From an uncultured Bacteriovoracaceae bacterium (GTDB lineage: Bacteria > Bdellovibrionota > UBA2394), in NCBI GenBank assembly GCA_964601045.1, contig CAZRLF010000001.1, positions 134,402 to 198,401 of the forward strand: a stretch of DNA of 64,000 nt, written 5' to 3'. The translations under genes were made by a program, and so were the position numbers. Positions 60,845-64,000 of the stretch are shown here, piece after piece. How positions within the stretch are numbered: the first letter of the stretch is position 1; each line of letters opens with the position of its first letter. Under the pieces are notes generated by a model. It saw nothing but the letters and a program-made list of their open reading frames with translations, was not told the origin of the DNA and did no database searches.

Positions 60845-63463
60845 TCACTTTGATTGATAGAGCAAGCCCAAGGCGGGTTCACGATTAAGCTCAAGCTCAG
60901 GGACCTTAGAAAGCTCAGATTTTTTAAGACGAATCAGGCTGCGAGCCAAATCATCGCCTTCAAGAATATGATAGCCAGCAAAATTCCATCCTAATTTTTG
61001 AGGAATATCTTCGGATTTCATTTGCAGTTTAAGCGCCAAACTCAAATTAGAACCCTCTGGTACTAAATCAAATTTAAGTACAATGCCGTAAGCAGCATTT
61101 TCGAATCTCTCATCAAGCGAGACATCCGTAGCATCTTCTTTTATTTTAACGAGAGCGTAAGCAGACGCATTCATCGCTGTTTCTTCAAGAGGATCTGTCA
61201 TTGAATCAGGCAGAATAATAACTTCAAGTTCTGGTAAGCCAGCTTTCATACGAATTTGGTTAAGACTCTCTTGAGCACCAACCCATCTTACTTCTTCTTT
61301 GCCTTCGGCATTTGTCCATTTTTCAAGATGCCCTGGCCTGGGCATTATGAGGGCATCTTTAAGTTGCGCGGCAAGGACAGAAAGATAAATTGATTTTGAA
61401 ACTCTTTTGAGAGATTCATCTTTTTGAAGATTATTTTTTTGAGCCAAATCATTCTGTTTTTTCTCTTCTTGATCAAGAATAGCATCGGGCTCAAGCGGGC
61501 GATTCGCTAAACCCCAAAGTCCCACTCCCAATCCTAAACTTGCAATCGAAATGCCGGCACTTCGACCTAAAAATCTAAGACTGCGAAGGCAACCACTACG
61601 CAATTTTCGGGGCGCAAAGGTTTCACCGGGTAGAAGCTGAGTATATCTACTTCCGGCTTCAGGATTTTTATTGGGATTGATCATGGCGCTCTCAGGCCTA
61701 TCAATCTTTGCGTTCTTTAAAAGTTTCTTCTCACTTAAGGGATGGAGCCAAGGTCCTAAAATATAACGAGGTAAAAACGTAAACTCATATGCTAAAGATC
61801 CATCCTCAATACCGACCCGCCTTTCTGATCGACTTGGAATACCTACAATGCGATTGATGATTTCGTTTCGCTGCTTAAGGTAATTCAGTTCAATTTGTTT
61901 TAAATTTTTTCTGGCACCAAGTTCACGAAGCAAACTTTGACGAGAACTTTTTAAACTAATTCCGCCCTGTGCGAACTCATCGATCACAGGTGAACTCATT
62001 TTAATAAGAGCTTCGGTTCGCCTACTTTCGAGGGCTAGTAAATTTTCGAGCTCAGCCTTCATTTTAGGCCCGAGCTTTGAATTTTCTCCCCAAAGATGTC
62101 CAAAAACTTTTAAGCTAAAAGCTCCCTTAAATTCACGAGTACGAAAGGCAGCAACGAATGCCTCTTTAAATGCCGTATTAGGTTCGAGCGGTTTATTCTC
62201 TGAATCGGCTAATTTTATCTGACCTTCATTTAACATTTCTCTTAAAGCTTCACGCTTTTTAAGTGCGCCTGCTCGTGAAAGCCATGAGTCAGGAGCATTC
62301 AGAAGCATTTGATCAAGCATCGCCTCTTCAGATTGAGGTCGGCTGAGTTCTATCTTTGCGGAACTTTTAAGATCTCGAAGTCTTCCACCCATAAGCGCTA
62401 AAAGAGCAATAGCTGAAATGGTAGCAATCTGAGTCGACTGATTGATCGACTCTTGATTGTTTTGATCTCGATCTCTAAAAAGTGCGTTCAATTTACCGCG
62501 AGCTTCGATTTGCGATCGTTTGAATTTTTTCGAATCTTTTATAATCGTTTCGATACTACTTGAACTCAATTCGCCTTTAGATCCGCGCGCCACTTCAACA
62601 ATACTGGCCAAATCCGATTCGCTCCAAGAATAGGGGGGGGCTTTAGTATCGGTGACAAATAGACGATCGAGAACCTTTATCACTGCAATCTGAGCAAGTG
62701 TTAATTCTTGAGCTTTAACGCTGGCTCCTGCTTCTACTTTTTGTTCTAACCAAGAAAAATCCTTTGAGTTTGAAATAAACGAACGTTCAGAAAAAGGTAT
62801 AAAATATTTTTTCTTTAAAAATAAAAAAGCATCGATGCCTTTTGATATGATTTGGTTAATGCCAAGTTCGGCTTCAAGAGAGCTTTGCGTTCTATAAGAA
62901 AGATCAACATCAAGAAGTCTTTGTGTACGCTGAGTATTCTGCTCAAAATAATTGGTAAAATCTCTGATCAAAGCAATATCAGCAGAATCGCTGGAAGCGC
63001 GAACTGAGAGCAGTTGATAAAGTGAAAAGACATGAACCAAGATCGCCTTCTCTTTATTATCGAGCGGCTGATTCTCCTTTATTTTTTTTACTAAAGTATC
63101 GCTATCATATTTAAAGTTATTTTTAAGCTCGTCAGAGCTCCAGGAGTCTCTCGATTTATCGAAAATAATATGAGCGCGATCATTAGTTTGAAAAAACTGA
63201 AGGGCTCTATCGAATTGTTCATTGAGAAGTTTTTGACTAGGAGATTCGATTAAAGTTTTAAGATTAAAAGTTTCGTAAGACATCGCAGGAAACAGAAAGA
63301 TTTCAGGAATCGAAGTCTGCGGATCGAGAGCTCGCCTGGCAAGTTCAAGATTATCTCCTGCCGTCTGTGCAGAAACCGCCTGAACGGCGATCAAAAAATT
63401 TAAAATAAAGAAGCGAAACATCTTATTACCCTTACATTGAGTTATAAGCACATCCCATGCCAA
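60845..63463 (-). CDS. Large secreted protein (about 860 aa), unknown function; first gene of a minus-strand secreted-protein operon
   Basis: A signal peptide MFRFFILNFLIAVQAVSAQ is present if translation starts at ATG 63421. The protein is K/E/S-rich and mostly helical, with one internal hydrophobic stretch (GISIASLGLGVGLWGLA). Confidence 0.65.
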   Translation of the reverse strand: MAWDVLITQCKGNKMFRFFILNFLIAVQAVSAQTAGDNLELARRALDPQTSIPEIFLFPAMSYETFNLKTLIESPSQKLLNEQFDRALQFFQTNDRAHIIFDKSRDSWSSDELKNNFKYDSDTLVKKIKENQPLDNKEKAILVHVFSLYQLLSVRASSDSADIALIRDFTNYFEQNTQRTQRLLDVDLSYRTQSSLEAELGINQIISKGIDAFLFLKKKYFIPFSERSFISNSKDFSWLEQKVEAGASVKAQELTLAQIAVIKVLDRLFVTDTKAPPYSWSESDLASIVEVARGSKGELSSSSIETIIKDSKKFKRSQIEARGKLNALFRDRDQNNQESINQSTQIATISAIALLALMGGRLRDLKSSAKIELSRPQSEEAMLDQMLLNAPDSWLSRAGALKKREALREMLNEGQIKLADSENKPLEPNTAFKEAFVAAFRTREFKGAFSLKVFGHLWGENSKLGPKMKAELENLLALESRRTEALIKMSSPVIDEFAQGGISLKSSRQSLLRELGARKNLKQIELNYLKQRNEIINRIVGIPSRSERRVGIEDGSLAYEFTFLPRYILGPWLHPLSEKKLLKNAKIDRPESAMINPNKNPEAGSRYTQLLPGETFAPRKLRSGCLRSLRFLGRSAGISIASLGLGVGLWGLANRPLEPDAILDQEEKKQNDLAQKNNLQKDESLKRVSKSIYLSVLAAQLKDALIMPRPGHLEKWTNAEGKEEVRWVGAQESLNQIRMKAGLPELEVIILPDSMTDPLEETAMNASAYALVKIKEDATDVSLDERFENAAYGIVLKFDLVPEGSNLSLALKLQMKSEDIPQKLGWNFAGYHILEGDDLARSLIRLKKSELSKVPELELNREPALGLLYQSK

Positions 63464-63575
63464 AACTTAGCAAATATAAGTACCTGAAATTACTGCAGTA
63501 TCTACTGCCTCCGTCACCAACACTGAGACTTTGAAGCCTCAGTTTATGATGAGGTGGGGCGAATTATAGGACAGA

Positions 63576-63965
63576 TCAGAGCGCTTTTAGAAAATTCTCA
63601 CATTTTGGCTCAATAGGCTTCCATTCGACAGACGCCATAAAGTTAAGAAGGGCTTCAATGGGGGCTCGAAGTGCTGGGTTTGCATACATTTTAAAATTCC
63701 CAGGCTCTTGCTGTGCTGCCATTTGTGAAATGGTGTTGAGCTTTTTAAGTTCAGTGTCTCTAAGATAAATCAAAAGCGGCCTGAGAGATTTCGTTTCACG
63801 AGCTTCTGCAAGTGGAGCTTCAGGAAAATGTATTTTGATAAGCTCCAGAATGAGATCGAAGGCTTTCTGATCACCTCGAGCATAGTCCTCGACGAGTCGC
63901 GCGAGATGAAGAGCGATTTGATTGGGAACCCCTGTATTCGGACTGAGATTCGAAGAATGACCCAT
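63576..63965 (-). CDS. Hypothetical protein (129 aa)
   Basis: An ORF without recognisable motifs. Its helical composition matches the neighbouring genes. Confidence 0.4.
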   Translation of the reverse strand: MGHSSNLSPNTGVPNQIALHLARLVEDYARGDQKAFDLILELIKIHFPEAPLAEARETKSLRPLLIYLRDTELKKLNTISQMAAQQEPGNFKMYANPALRAPIEALLNFMASVEWKPIEPKCENFLKAL

Positions 63966-64000
63966 TTGAATAAAGGACTTAGGGAGGCGTTTGAAGAAAT

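Noticed and set aside
1-64000. CRISPR arrays, rRNA genes, and IS elements or transposases
   Set aside because: No regularly spaced direct repeats, no rRNA-like conserved stretches and no transposase-like ORFs were found anywhere in the window.

Overview
Low-GC (about 40% by eye) chromosomal segment, most consistent with a Bdellovibrio-like predatory bacterium, possibly Bacteriovoracaceae. That organism call rests only on gene content and the K/E-rich protein composition and is tentative.

The window has two parts.

Housekeeping genes:
- a cpoB-like gene 3' end, an outer-membrane protein and dprA
- a GT4 glycosyltransferase, a flippase-like membrane protein and a NodB deacetylase forming an envelope-modification cluster
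- apaG, topA, xerD, argD, a J-domain protein and an FMN reductase
- two response regulators, one with a degenerate GGDEF domain
- a 1771-aa Ser/Thr-kinase, STAND-NTPase, TPR, GAF, PAS and histidine-kinase mega-sensor with its own receiver
- a short-lid Hsp70, rluA, and feoAB with a near-perfect Fur box
- efp, gatCAB, ilvE and a second Ser/Thr kinase

An accessory block at about 10.0-30.1 kb: this consists only of secreted or giant K/E-rich proteins of unknown function. It includes a 3613-aa giant protein and a convergent 1367-aa protein that appear to share a Gly/Ala-rich glycine-zipper-like hydrophobic domain, which suggests a family of membrane-inserting toxin or effector proteins.

Other notable items:
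- a roughly 260-nt structured leader or small RNA on the minus strand, ending in a clean intrinsic terminator only 22 nt upstream of the deacetylase start
- a 975-aa protein fusing a signal-anchor, a ClpB-like D1 domain, a coiled coil, a classic AAA domain and a thioredoxin
- a second secreted operon at 58.3-63.5 kb containing a PilX-N-like Thr/Ser/Gly-rich protein

No rRNA, tRNA, CRISPR array, IS element or transposase was recognised. The ORF track uses alternative start codons, so several 5' ends were re-set to the most plausible ATG.
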